A stretch of DNA of 45,485 nucleotides. It comes from an uncultured Pseudomonadales bacterium. Its GTDB lineage: Bacteria > Patescibacteriota > Microgenomatia > UBA1400 > PJMF01. The position numbers were made by a program, and so were the translations under genes. A model generated the notes under the pieces. That model made no database searches. It had not been told where the DNA came from and was given only the letters and a program-made list of their open reading frames with translations. This document shows, in pieces, positions 16,395-26,114 of the stretch. The DNA is taken from positions 26,357 through 71,841 of the forward strand of contig CAYXBZ010000001.1 in assembly GCA_964463605.1 (NCBI GenBank), given 5' to 3'. How positions within the stretch are numbered: the first letter of the stretch is position 1; each line of letters opens with the position of its first letter.

Positions 16395-17951
16395 ATGTCT
16401 ACTCAAACACTCAGTCAAGAGGAAGTTAAATTAATTTGGAGCCAAGTAAAAGAAGAGCTTAAGCTAAAAATCTCTCCTGCAGCCTTCAATACTTGGGTTC
16501 TCCTTAATCCCTTAACAACCATCGAGGTTATTGATCAAACAAGAGCAAAAGGAACAATTTCTAGTCCAAGTGCTTTTCATGCAACCAACCTAAAAAAGAA
16601 TCTTTACTCGCACCTCAAAACCTCAATTGAGAACATTTTAAAAAAAAAGATAGAGTTAGATATTAGAGTTAGCGACCCCGCTTCAGTGTTGGCAACTCAA
16701 AAACAGATGTTTGGTTCAAGCAATAAGAGTGGGTGGGGATGGAGCGACTCTCAAAACAATCAAAAACCCAATGGAGCTCAAAACTCTCAATCTTCCTACT
16801 CTCAAAGCACCTATGGCGATAAGTCAGCCAAGATGGGCTCTCCCACTGTTGAGGAGCTTTTTTCTCAGAATAATATTCAGTCCTCCAGCTTTGATCGAAC
16901 ACTTTCGGCGGTTCGTCAGGCGGGATTAAAGATGGATTATCAGTTTGAGTCATTTGCTGTTTCCGGCAGTAATGAGATGGCTCATGCAGCTGCTACTGCG
17001 GTAGCTAAGCGTCCCGGAGAGGCCTACAACCCCCTGTTTTTTTATGGAGGGGTTGGTGTTGGAAAAACACATTTAATGCAAGCCATTGGTCATTACATCC
17101 TCAAGCAAGATCCTGGACTAAAAGTCATCTATTGCACAGGAGAGGAGTTTACCAACGACATCATTGATGCTATTCGAAATAAGAAAGCCACAACTTTTAA
17201 AAAGAAGTTTAGAAGCGCTCACACCCTTCTTATTGATGATATTCAGTTTATTGGTGGGAAAAACGCCGTTCAAGAAGAGTTTTTTCATACTTTCAATGCT
17301 CTAACCAAGTTATCCTCGCAAATTGTTTTAACCTCCGACCGACCCCCAAGTAAAATAAATCTTTTGGAGGATAGACTTAAATCAAGATTTGAGGCAGGAT
17401 TGATGGTTGATATCCAACAACCCTCTGCAGAGCTAAAAACCGCCATCGTTTTAATTAAAGCCAAATCAGCTGGATTATCAATCCCAATAAAACTAGCAGA
17501 GCAGATAGCAAGTAGAGTTGATGGAGCAAGAAGAATCGAGGGCGTTATCACCACTATAAGATCAGAGATTGAGCTTAAGAAAAAGGAGTTGGATGAGGAA
17601 TTAATTTCTTCAATATTAGAAAAGGAAAAAGCTGACTCAGCTGATAAAAGAATTAGACTCAGACCTCAAAAAGTAATTAAAAAGGTAAGTTCCTACTACC
17701 AAATCAACCAAACTGCTCTTAAGGGAAAAAGAAGAAATAAAGAGATTGTTGAAGCTAGGCACATGGCAATGTTTATCTTGAAAACTGACCTCGAAATGTC
17801 TTATGTAGATATTGGCAAATGGTTTTCCAACAGAGATCATACCTCTGTTATGCATGCCAAAGACAAAATAGAGCAACTTATTGAAGAGAGTGAGTCGGTA
17901 CAAGAAGACTATCAAAGAATTAAGGAAGAGCTAATTAAAGTATCTCGCTAA
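16395..17951 (+). CDS. dnaA: Chromosomal replication initiator DnaA
   Basis: AAA+ Walker A is GGVGVGKTHL and Walker B-like is LLIDDIQF. The C-terminal DnaA-box-binding helix is IGKWFSNRDHTSVMHA. The track ORF starts at GTG 16341, but I prefer ATG 16395 (MSTQTLSQEE). An Asn/Gln/Ser-rich domain II linker is present. Confidence 0.9.
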   Translation: MSTQTLSQEEVKLIWSQVKEELKLKISPAAFNTWVLLNPLTTIEVIDQTRAKGTISSPSAFHATNLKKNLYSHLKTSIENILKKKIELDIRVSDPASVLATQKQMFGSSNKSGWGWSDSQNNQKPNGAQNSQSSYSQSTYGDKSAKMGSPTVEELFSQNNIQSSSFDRTLSAVRQAGLKMDYQFESFAVSGSNEMAHAAATAVAKRPGEAYNPLFFYGGVGVGKTHLMQAIGHYILKQDPGLKVIYCTGEEFTNDIIDAIRNKKATTFKKKFRSAHTLLIDDIQFIGGKNAVQEEFFHTFNALTKLSSQIVLTSDRPPSKINLLEDRLKSRFEAGLMVDIQQPSAELKTAIVLIKAKSAGLSIPIKLAEQIASRVDGARRIEGVITTIRSEIELKKKELDEELISSILEKEKADSADKRIRLRPQKVIKKVSSYYQINQTALKGKRRNKEIVEARHMAMFILKTDLEMSYVDIGKWFSNRDHTSVMHAKDKIEQLIEESESVQEDYQRIKEELIKVSR

Positions 17952-18333
17952 ACCAAATTAACAGAACTTTTTACGAAAATTATTACTTTTCCACAAATGT
18001 GGAAAAGGCTGTAAAAAACCTTGTTGAAATCCTATTGAAAGAGTGTTTAAAGAAATTTTCAATTGTGTGTAAAATAACTTTCCCACATAATTAATAACCT
18101 TCATTACACATTTCAATCCACTTATTTTTCAAAGTTTTATACATAAAATTTGAAGTCTTTTACTAGACAAAGTTCGTTAAAAAATTCACATATCCACCTA
18201 CTCTACTACTACTATTACTAGTATATTTATTAATAAATAAGAGTTAGGTCATCGATAGAAAAAGATTTAGATAATTTAAAAAAACTCATTCGTTTAAATT
18301 TATTAAAACCCTTGTGTTAAAATCTTTACAGCT
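17952..18333. other. Probable oriC (dnaA-dnaN intergenic region)
   Basis: 382-bp AT-rich non-coding spacer containing:
- TTTTCCACA-AA-TGTGGAAAA (17987-18006)
- TTTCCCACA (18079-18087)
- ATATCCACC (18190-18198)
- a trinucleotide-periodic run TAC TAC TAC TAT TAC TAG TAT (18204-18224)
- a pure A/T stretch (18225-18240). Confidence 0.7.
17987..18006. promoter_or_regulatory. Inverted pair of DnaA-box-like 9-mers
   Basis: TTTTCCACA AA TGTGGAAAA, a perfect 9-bp inverted repeat with a 2-bp spacer, read directly. Confidence 0.6.
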
Positions 18334-19515
18334 ATGGTCAAAACAAAAAATCCCACGATTAAGCTTCAAAGAGAATCTCTTAAGAACGTATTGAGGTTTG
18401 TATATAAAGTTGTGCCTAGTAATCCCCCGCTACCTATTTTGTCATCGCTTCTTTTTTCAATAAGTAACAAAACCCTCACTCTTTCATCAACAGATTTGTA
18501 TTTTGGCATTAGATCACAGGTTGCAACTACTTCTGATGCAGAAGTCACCTTCGCTGTACCAGGATCCATCTTTAAAGACCTAATTAGCTCTTTTGAAAGT
18601 GAAGTGGTTGAGATAGAGGTTTTAGAAAGTAAGATAAGGGTGAGCTCTGGCAAAAGCAGCGCCGAAATTCCAACTCAACCTCATCATGATTATCCAGAAT
18701 TTCCAGACATATCAGGTAAAGTCGCAGTATTGCCTACAGAAGTATTGAGGGAAATCGATGACTACATATGCTTTGCCGCTGGAACTGATCAAACTAGGCC
18801 AATTTTAACCACTTTATTATTAAAAATGAAAGAAAACGGCGTCGAAGCAGTTGCGACCGACGGATTTCGTCTTGCAACTCTGATGATTGATGAGATTGGC
18901 TGTAAAAGCGAAACGGACATTTTGATTCCTGCTAAATACTTTACTGAAGTTAGGTCTATCGCTGAGCAATCAGAAGTAGACCAAATAACCATATATGCCG
19001 AAAACGAATTAAAACAACTTAAATTTGAGGTGGGGCACAGTAGTATTTACGTTAGACTAATCGAGGGAGAATACCCTCCTTATGAAAAAATTATTCCCAC
19101 TCACCTACCTCTTGAAGCTGCTGTGGATGGAGAGGAGTTAAAAAGAGAGTTGAAAAGAGCCCACATTCTGGCTCGAGAGGTGTCAAACATTGTTGAGTTG
19201 GAATTGGGGGGAAAGCTAGATAATGATGACAAAGATAAAAAAAACAAAGACAATCCTTCTTTGGGAAGTATGGTTATTAGAGCTAACTCAGCAAATCAAG
19301 GAAAATACGAGGGAGTGTGTTCATTGAATAGCGAGCTAACTCAAGTTTTACCAATTGCTTTTAACGTTAATTATTTACTTGACTTTTTAACTAACTGCAG
19401 TCCTGAAGAACTAACTATTTACGCGAGCGAAAGTCTTAAGCCAGTTTTGATAACAGTATCAGGAAAAGACAACTATCGATATGTGGTGATGCCTTTTAGA
19501 GTAAGCTCTACATAG
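18334..19515 (+). CDS. dnaN: DNA polymerase III beta sliding clamp
   Basis: 393-aa ORF directly after the oriC-like spacer. Three-domain clamp-like pattern (LSSTDLYFGIRS..., ATDGFRLA..., YVVMPFR C-terminus). It has an inserted Asp/Lys-rich loop (GKLDNDDKDKKNKDN). A possible extended -10 (TGTTAAAAT) sits at 18315-18323. Confidence 0.85.
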   Translation: MVKTKNPTIKLQRESLKNVLRFVYKVVPSNPPLPILSSLLFSISNKTLTLSSTDLYFGIRSQVATTSDAEVTFAVPGSIFKDLISSFESEVVEIEVLESKIRVSSGKSSAEIPTQPHHDYPEFPDISGKVAVLPTEVLREIDDYICFAAGTDQTRPILTTLLLKMKENGVEAVATDGFRLATLMIDEIGCKSETDILIPAKYFTEVRSIAEQSEVDQITIYAENELKQLKFEVGHSSIYVRLIEGEYPPYEKIIPTHLPLEAAVDGEELKRELKRAHILAREVSNIVELELGGKLDNDDKDKKNKDNPSLGSMVIRANSANQGKYEGVCSLNSELTQVLPIAFNVNYLLDFLTNCSPEELTIYASESLKPVLITVSGKDNYRYVVMPFRVSST

Positions 19516-19647
19516 TGAGACAACTTCTCTCAATAGAACTAACCCTGCCTGCAAAGACAGGGCTGGAAGAAAAAACAATATTAAGGTATAATCCCCTCTC
19601 GGTAAGAGAAGTAATACATTAGACCACAACCCAAACTAAGGACAATT

Positions 19648-19809
19648 ATGCCAAAAAGAACTTATCAACCCAAAACAAAAAAAAGACTCAGAACTCACGG
19701 TTTTTTAGCTCGAGTTTGTGGTAAATATACTGGCCTAAAGGTTATAAAAAGAAGAAGAGCTAAACAAAGACAAAACTTAAGCAAATCGGTAAACAAAAGA
19801 TATAAGTAA
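19648..19809 (+). CDS. rpmH: 50S ribosomal protein L34
   Basis: 53-aa ORF, too short for the ORF track: [45 protein letters not shown]... This matches the L34 signature (KRTYQP...RTHGF.AR). Preceded by AAGGA, 5 nt before the ATG. Confidence 0.9.
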   Translation: MPKRTYQPKTKKRLRTHGFLARVCGKYTGLKVIKRRRAKQRQNLSKSVNKRYK

Positions 19810-19864
19810 TTTAAGTTGTCTGATTAGAGTCGTCTGAAGAGTAATTTTATTGTTGAGGAAAATA

Positions 19865-20203
19865 ATGCTTAGAAAATCACAAAGACTCAATCTTTCTCTT
19901 CCTCAAAACAGAAAAATTTTTCGAGAAAAACATCTTAGTTCAAAAAACCTCACTCTTTATTTTAGAAATGCCAACCAATTCAAAGCAGCGGTGGTGATTC
20001 CTAAAAAAAACGTACCCCTAGCTGTTGATAGAAATCAAGTAAGAAGAATACTCTATATTCAAATTCGACAGTGCGAGAAACTTTGTGCAAACAAAGAGAT
20101 TTTAATTTTGTATCGATCACCAAACAGCCTTAGGGAAAAAGATAAACGAAAAATGATAGAAAAAGAACTTGGGGAATTACTCAAGAAAGCAAATCTATTT
20201 TAA
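19865..20203 (+). CDS. rnpA: RNase P protein component
   Basis: Follows rpmH. Contains KKNVPLAVDRNQVRRILY, the RNR-type motif of RnpA. The track start at 19850 is a TTG; ATG 19865 is preferred. Confidence 0.8.
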   Translation: MLRKSQRLNLSLPQNRKIFREKHLSSKNLTLYFRNANQFKAAVVIPKKNVPLAVDRNQVRRILYIQIRQCEKLCANKEILILYRSPNSLREKDKRKMIEKELGELLKKANLF

Positions 20204-20247
20204 TTTTTTTTGAACAAAAAAAGAAAGTCTCTGTCAACTTCTGTTTT

Positions 20248-20475
20248 ATGGTAGGCTCAAGTAATTGCGGAATAAATGTGAAAAATAAGATAGTAAAGAC
20301 CTATTTGGCTGCGAGAGAAATCAAGCATAGTTTGCTTCTAACTTTTTTTGGTGTAAGGGCAAGCTGTAAGCACAGCCCATCTTGTAGTCAGCAATTGATT
20401 GCTGACGTTAAAAAAGAGGGGATGTTTAAAGGTTTTCTTAAAGGGTTTTGGAGAATCATTACTTGTATCGGTTGA
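20248..20475 (+). CDS. yidD: Membrane protein insertion efficiency factor YidD-like
   Basis: 75-aa ORF between rnpA and yidC. Contains CKHSPSCSQQLIADVKKEGMFKGFLKGFWRIITC (the YidD pattern is C..-P-[ST]-CS ... G ... RI..C). The start is uncertain (ATG 20248 or GTG 20278). Confidence 0.6.
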   Translation: MVGSSNCGINVKNKIVKTYLAAREIKHSLLLTFFGVRASCKHSPSCSQQLIADVKKEGMFKGFLKGFWRIITCIG

Positions 20476-20631
20476 AAACAACCATCTTTCCTACACCTTT
20501 TATGTCAAGTTGAGTTAAGTTATAATTTGATGTTCTGAAAAAAAGAAAGGGAGAGTTTTAAATAATTCTGACTTCAGTTTGACCTTTAACTTTATCGAAT
20601 TAAAAAATAATATCAAACAAACAAAGAAAAT

Positions 20632-21399
20632 ATGATAGAGCGGTTTTTTACATCATTTCTGATTATTCTTTACTCAAATTTGGGAAATCTTGGGTTGTCA
20701 ATTGTGACAATGACGCTGTTAATTAAAGCCTTGTTATTACCAGCCTCACTTCCTAGTTTAAAAGCTCAAAATAAAATGAAAAAAGTGGCTCCAAAAATTG
20801 AGAAACTGAAGAAAAAATTTAAAAATGATCCCAAAGGACTACAGCAAGCTCAGGTTGAGCTATATAAAAAATATAACGTTAATCCTCTAGCAGGGTGTCT
20901 TCCTCAGATAGTAATGATTGTTATCTTAATTGGCCTTTATCGATCTCTTAATACTTTTCTAGAAAATGGGGTGATTGATGGGGTGGCGGTTAACACATCA
21001 TTTCTTTGGCTTAATCTAACTCAACCAGATCAAACATATTCTCTCCCTATTTTAGCGGGCTTGTCTCAGCTAATTTTATCTCTCATGATTTCTCCTGGGG
21101 GAGAGGTTAGAGACATTGTTCCCAATGAGTCAAAAAACAAGAAAACAGTCCAAAAAAATAAAGAAGAAGAAGATGTGGCGAGCATGGCAAAAAACATGCA
21201 GCAACAGATGATTTTTATCATGCCTTTTATGACTGCCTTCATCGCCTCGCGCTTCCCTTCTGGCCTTGCGGTGTATTGGGTGGTTGCCAACCTCTTTACA
21301 ATTGTTCAACAGTACTTTATCTCTGGATGGGGAGGATTGTCTGTATATTGGAAAAGAGCGGTGTTACTATTAAGTCATATTAAGCCCAGCTCAAACTAA
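20632..21399 (+). CDS. yidC: Membrane insertase YidC (short Gram-positive-type)
   Basis: 255 aa. Conserved YidC core includes YKKYNVNPLAGCLPQIVMIVILIGLY and PSGLAVYWVVANLFTIVQQY. Confidence 0.9.
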   Translation: MIERFFTSFLIILYSNLGNLGLSIVTMTLLIKALLLPASLPSLKAQNKMKKVAPKIEKLKKKFKNDPKGLQQAQVELYKKYNVNPLAGCLPQIVMIVILIGLYRSLNTFLENGVIDGVAVNTSFLWLNLTQPDQTYSLPILAGLSQLILSLMISPGGEVRDIVPNESKNKKTVQKNKEEEDVASMAKNMQQQMIFIMPFMTAFIASRFPSGLAVYWVVANLFTIVQQYFISGWGGLSVYWKRAVLLLSHIKPSSN

Positions 21400-21461
21400 A
21401 GCCGCCCTGACAAATTAGATGATGAAGACTGTTGGTATCAAAACATAAAAAAGACCTCATT

Positions 21462-21950
21462 ATGAACTACAAAGAATATTTAACAAAACTTTTTTACTTT
21501 TTAGGAGTTGACGAAGAGGAAATTGAAATTGAAGTAGATGAGAACGATGACACCGTGAGAGTGTCGGTTTCAACCGAATCAACTCAACTGGATAAGTTTA
21601 TTAGAGGGAGTGGAGAAAACCTAACAGCGCTACAATCTCTTATGAGATTAACTTTTATGGATGATTTGAACAAAAGAAGATTGATACTAGATATTAACGG
21701 TTTTATTAAGCAAAAGGAAGACGATCTGGTTTCAAGAGCCGTAGATTTGGCTCAACAAGTGTTGGAGACAGGTCAGCCAAAAACCTTTTACGACCTCAAC
21801 TCTTTTGAAAGATATCTAGTTCATTCTTCTGTAGCTGAGACTGAAAATCTTCAGGGAGTAGCAACTTACTCCACGACCGTTGAAGGAAAAAGATATTTAA
21901 CAATTTGTCTTGAAGAAGATTTGCCAGAAGATAGTGGTGACGAAAGATAG
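21462..21950 (+). CDS. Jag/KhpB-like RNA-binding protein (KH plus R3H domains)
   Basis: Follows yidC. Contains a KH-like segment (IRGSGENLTALQSLMRL) and an R3H-like segment (LNSFERYLVHSSV...GVATYSTTVEGKRYLTI). ATG 21462 is preferred over the upstream alternative start at 21432. Confidence 0.75.
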   Translation: MNYKEYLTKLFYFLGVDEEEIEIEVDENDDTVRVSVSTESTQLDKFIRGSGENLTALQSLMRLTFMDDLNKRRLILDINGFIKQKEDDLVSRAVDLAQQVLETGQPKTFYDLNSFERYLVHSSVAETENLQGVATYSTTVEGKRYLTICLEEDLPEDSGDER

Positions 21951-22062
21951 TTTTCAACAATCTGACAAATAGAAATTTATCAAAGAAATACAAATTTCAA
22001 TTCGCCGATCGCTGACCACTGATAACAGCGCTTAGGCTTAATACTCGCTTTCTGAAAAAAAA

Positions 22063-22500
22063 ATGCCAACTAATCAAATCATTATTCACACCGACGGAGC
22101 CTCTAGAGGAAATCCAGGGCTTGCGGGTGCTGGAGTTGTAATTGAGGGTTTGAGTCAAGTTTATCACCTCTCCTTTTTTTTGGGAAAGAAAACAAACAAC
22201 GAGGCTGAATATTTGGCTGTTTTATTTGCTCTTCGTCTACTTAATAAGATAACCAACGAAGCCACTGAAAAAAAGCTTTTAACAAGCTCACAGGTTTGTT
22301 TTAAAATGGATTCTAAGTTAGTAGCAGAACAATTAACTGGTAGTTGGAAAACAAAAAACCTTAGAATGAAAAAACTAGCAGATAAGTGTACCGCTCAAAT
22401 AAAAGACCTCGGCGTTCCTATCGTTTTTGAACACGTAGGTCGTGAGCTAAACAAGCAAGCTGATTGGCTTGCCAATGAGGCAATAGACTTAGTCTGTTGA
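22063..22500 (+). CDS. rnhA: Ribonuclease HI
   Basis: 145 aa. Contains IHTDGASRGNPGLAGAGVVI, NNEAEYLAVLFAL, DSKLVAEQL and NKQADWLANEA, giving the DEDD catalytic pattern of RNase H type 1. Confidence 0.85.
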   Translation: MPTNQIIIHTDGASRGNPGLAGAGVVIEGLSQVYHLSFFLGKKTNNEAEYLAVLFALRLLNKITNEATEKKLLTSSQVCFKMDSKLVAEQLTGSWKTKNLRMKKLADKCTAQIKDLGVPIVFEHVGRELNKQADWLANEAIDLVC

Positions 22501-22515
22501 CAATAATTAAATATC

Positions 22516-25500
22516 ATGCCTGCCATAAAAACAGAGTCGTACGACCAAGATCTAAAAATTCTGTTAGTTGCTCAAGACTCAACCCTTTCTCAGTTAGTTT
22601 CTGATTTTTTTTATCAACAGCAGATAGCTGTTAAAAAATCTCCATTAAACAAAGATGATAGTCACAATTTTGTTTATTCTCAACTCAATCAAAATCAGTT
22701 TTATAAAATTGTTGTAGTTCTTAATTTTTCTCAACCCTTTAATCTTGACGATCCTCAAAACGTCAAGTTACTAAATTTAATTCTCAACAACCCAACTCCC
22801 AAGATATTTCTCATTAGATTATCAAGCAAAATCGACTCCACAATTGATCTGTGCACCGATTGGAAAAATCAAACTTCTTCGGAGGATCGCCTAATAAACT
22901 ACATTTATCAAAATGGAGAAAACAGCAAGATGCTTATGGGGTTGGATGTACTAGATTCCGATTCTCCTCTCCCCCACCCATATAAAACAATTTTGCAGGC
23001 TGTTGCCAACGGTTTTTTGCTCGACCCACAATGTGAAATATACCCCAACAAGGTTGAAGATTATTTCGAGTCAATAAAAAAAGAACTCATGAGGTCCTTT
23101 GTTTCTCATTATTTGATCAAGGGTCAAGGACTAACCACTGAAGAGTTGTGTTTGAAAACTAAATTGTTTTTTCAGTCGCTACTTAATAAATCTCTGCAAT
23201 GTCTCGACTTAGACACCACCTCAATGGTTAGATTGGAAAAAAAGGAAGACATCGTGGAAGCGGTAATTGGTTGCGATCATGAGGCGATTGTTCAAGAAAT
23301 TGTGCAAACTGCTGATCTTCAACAAATGGATGTTGATCCCACAAAACTATCCTCTCTTTTAGGAAATCACCCCCATTTGTCTACTCAACTTTCAAAACCA
23401 TTTAAACACAAAGGAACTGATTTTGAGTTTGAACCAACTCAGAAAAAAAATATCTTAAAGACAAAACAGACTGGGATTAAAAATAGTGTGGACGATGAAG
23501 AAACCAAAACCCCTCAAGACACCAATGAAGCCTTTAATCAGGAGGTTGAGGTTAAAAATATAGCCCAAGCAACAAAATCTACATCAAGTGCCAGCGGTAC
23601 TCAAAACAAAAGTCAATTAAAAGAAAACATTGAAGAATCAAGTAAAAACAAAGAGATTAACCAACGAGATGTAGGTGATGCCAGTCAAAGCAACAAAGAA
23701 AAATTAGGTACAAAAACAGAAATCAATCTCGACGATCGAGTGGGTAGACTTTTTTCTTCAGAAAGAACAAACTTAAAAACTCAACGTCGCTCAAAAAAAG
23801 CGAGCATAATTGTTCGAATTAAAAGAAAGAGCAAAAATAAACAAGCTGTTTTTTTTGCCGGACTTATCGTCTTTTTTGGTGGATTGGTGTTTGGATTAAG
23901 CATTGTTTCTCTATCAATAAACTATCGCAGAGCTGAAAAAAACCTAATCAACAACATTGTTGCTTTTAGAGATGGGGGGGTGGCGCAGAATCAAAAAACA
24001 ACTGCCTTGGGTTGGCAAGCAACGTTGCTAGATAAAATTCTTGATGTGAAGCTGGTGGACAACAGTTTGGTTATAGATGAAGTTGGGGGGCAGCTAAGAG
24101 ACATAGTTCAACTAACTAGAACACTTGAAGAAGATTCTAGATTGATATACGGCCATTTTATGGAAGTGCAATCTTTAGATAACCAAGACAACCAAGATGT
24201 CCCCCAGCCTGACAGCAATTATCAAATCACTCAATTAATTGAAAACTACCAAAGTCACTTAGAAGAAACTCTTACAAAACTTACAGAATTACAAATGGAG
24301 CTCGAAGGTCAAAACAGCGCCCATTTTTCATCAGACTTGGGAAACCACCTCTCTATTCTCAGCGATGAGGTTAGATCTTCAGTAAATAAGCTAAGAGTTA
24401 TAAATCAACTAAGTCCCCTACTAGCAGATCTGTTGGCGGTAGATGAAAAAAAGAATTATTTTATGTTGCTCCAGGACGATCAAGAGCTAAGGCCCACGGG
24501 TGGATTTTTACAAGCCGTTGCTCACTTAGTAATTGAAAACGGAAAAATCATCGACTATCAAGTTTATACAGTGAGTTCAATAGATCAAAGAGTTTTGGGC
24601 AAACTCAATGCTCCTCCAGAAATTGAAACATTCTTGGGAGAATCTCGTTTACATTTGAGAGACGCAAACTGGGATCCAGATTTTTCATCTTCTGCCAAAA
24701 ACATCAGTTGGTTTTTGAGGGAGGGACTGAGTCAACAAGTTGATGGCTTAATAGCAATCAATTACAGTCAAGTTAGACAGCTGTTGGTCGAGTTAGGAAA
24801 CCTGTCTGTTGAGGGTTATGAGGATACTGTAAACGCTCAAAACCTATACTCGAGGCTGGAGAAGTATGCTATTGAAGATAAAGAGCAGCTGTTAGACCAA
24901 AATTTTCACTCAGCCCTACTAAATTCGTTAATTGGGGGGTTGAGTCAGGCCAATGACCAAGAGGTGGGTGGAGTGTTATCTACTTTTTATCAATCACTTA
25001 AAGACAGACAAACACTGCTTTATTTCGAAGACCCCAAGTTGAGTGGCGTGGTTGCCCAACTAGGTTGGGCAGGATCGATGATTCAACCAGAGTGCCCCTC
25101 TAACTTTGCCAATAGTTGTAAAACTGACTACATTTATCAGGTAGAATCGAACATCGGAATTAATAAAATCAACAAGTATATCAACAGCGGAGTTAATCAT
25201 ATTGTTACTATCAATGAGAACTCAGTGACACATCGTCGTCAAATAAGATATGACAACAAATCTCACTCGAAAATTTGGCCGTTTGGTTCATATAAAACCT
25301 ACATCAGATTTTATTTAAATCCTGAGGTTCAACTGTTGAGCATTTCAATTAACGATAATCAGGTGTCTGACGATCATATTATGGAGTACATTGATCACAA
25401 TAAAAAAATTATTGGAGTTACAGCCGAAATTCCAGATGGCGAGCAGCGTAACATAGTTATTGAGTACTCCTCTCCTCTATCAATAAATCCGGGGGACTCA

Positions 25501-25686
25501 TACTTCTTTTTTGAACAACCCCAACCTGGATTAGAAAAACGGCTATCAACAGTCAGTGTGACCCATCACACAGCTCTTGAGGCGGAACTGATATCTCCTA
25601 GAGTTGAGGTTAATCAAAATCAAATTGTAGTAACCAGCGATGTTGGTATGGGATTTGTTGCAATAAAATTTGTTGAAAATAAATAG
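22516..25686 (+). CDS. Large single-pass membrane protein with DUF4012 domain
   Basis: 1056 aa. The N-terminal ~440 aa are hydrophilic. There is one TM helix (AVFFAGLIVFFGGLVFGLSIVSLSI). The external region contains LLQDDQELRPTGGFLQAVAHL, the hallmark DUF4012 motif. Confidence 0.7.
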   Translation: MPAIKTESYDQDLKILLVAQDSTLSQLVSDFFYQQQIAVKKSPLNKDDSHNFVYSQLNQNQFYKIVVVLNFSQPFNLDDPQNVKLLNLILNNPTPKIFLIRLSSKIDSTIDLCTDWKNQTSSEDRLINYIYQNGENSKMLMGLDVLDSDSPLPHPYKTILQAVANGFLLDPQCEIYPNKVEDYFESIKKELMRSFVSHYLIKGQGLTTEELCLKTKLFFQSLLNKSLQCLDLDTTSMVRLEKKEDIVEAVIGCDHEAIVQEIVQTADLQQMDVDPTKLSSLLGNHPHLSTQLSKPFKHKGTDFEFEPTQKKNILKTKQTGIKNSVDDEETKTPQDTNEAFNQEVEVKNIAQATKSTSSASGTQNKSQLKENIEESSKNKEINQRDVGDASQSNKEKLGTKTEINLDDRVGRLFSSERTNLKTQRRSKKASIIVRIKRKSKNKQAVFFAGLIVFFGGLVFGLSIVSLSINYRRAEKNLINNIVAFRDGGVAQNQKTTALGWQATLLDKILDVKLVDNSLVIDEVGGQLRDIVQLTRTLEEDSRLIYGHFMEVQSLDNQDNQDVPQPDSNYQITQLIENYQSHLEETLTKLTELQMELEGQNSAHFSSDLGNHLSILSDEVRSSVNKLRVINQLSPLLADLLAVDEKKNYFMLLQDDQELRPTGGFLQAVAHLVIENGKIIDYQVYTVSSIDQRVLGKLNAPPEIETFLGESRLHLRDANWDPDFSSSAKNISWFLREGLSQQVDGLIAINYSQVRQLLVELGNLSVEGYEDTVNAQNLYSRLEKYAIEDKEQLLDQNFHSALLNSLIGGLSQANDQEVGGVLSTFYQSLKDRQTLLYFEDPKLSGVVAQLGWAGSMIQPECPSNFANSCKTDYIYQVESNIGINKINKYINSGVNHIVTINENSVTHRRQIRYDNKSHSKIWPFGSYKTYIRFYLNPEVQLLSISINDNQVSDDHIMEYIDHNKKIIGVTAEIPDGEQRNIVIEYSSPLSINPGDSYFFFEQPQPGLEKRLSTVSVTHHTALEAELISPRVEVNQNQIVVTSDVGMGFVAIKFVENK

Positions 25687-25704
25687 ATCCCCTTCTCCTA
25701 GTTG

Positions 25705-25731
25705 AGTCACTATTAAAAAGTGACTTTTTTT
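25705..25731 (+). terminator. Weak intrinsic terminator after the DUF4012 gene
   Basis: AGTCAC (25705-25710), 9-nt loop, GTGACT (25720-25725), then a T6 run. The stem is only 6 bp. Confidence 0.45.
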
Positions 25732-26114
25732 ATAAGATAATCTTAATAATGCATTTAGTTCTAATAAGTTAATTTATATTGCTTAATACAACTAAATAGA
25801 ACAAAAGCACGTGAAATAAATACATAGCAAATATGTAAGTACTAAATTGAGCGGCATAATTGAGAAGAATTGCTTAGCGAGTTGTATCCCAAATGCCTTT
25901 TTTGAATTAACTTTCGCTACAACTCAACTTCTCGAGGTTTATTTATTCTCAAATAGACGCTACCACTTCTAGAATCTTTCTGATAAAATGCTACTCTCGA
26001 ATTAGATTTTGATAAATTAATTCAAAACAACTTAATCCGGAGTAAGGCAGCTCAAAGCTAATAACAGATTGGTTGCCTATCTTAATCAATAAACAATCAC
26101 AAGTTAGTATCATT

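Noticed and set aside
19543-19562. Hairpin CCCTG...CAGGG after dnaN as a terminator
   Set aside because: The stem is short and imperfect and is followed by A-rich sequence, not a T-run. It is more likely incidental. A TATAAT at 19587-19592 may serve rpmH, but its -35 is poor.
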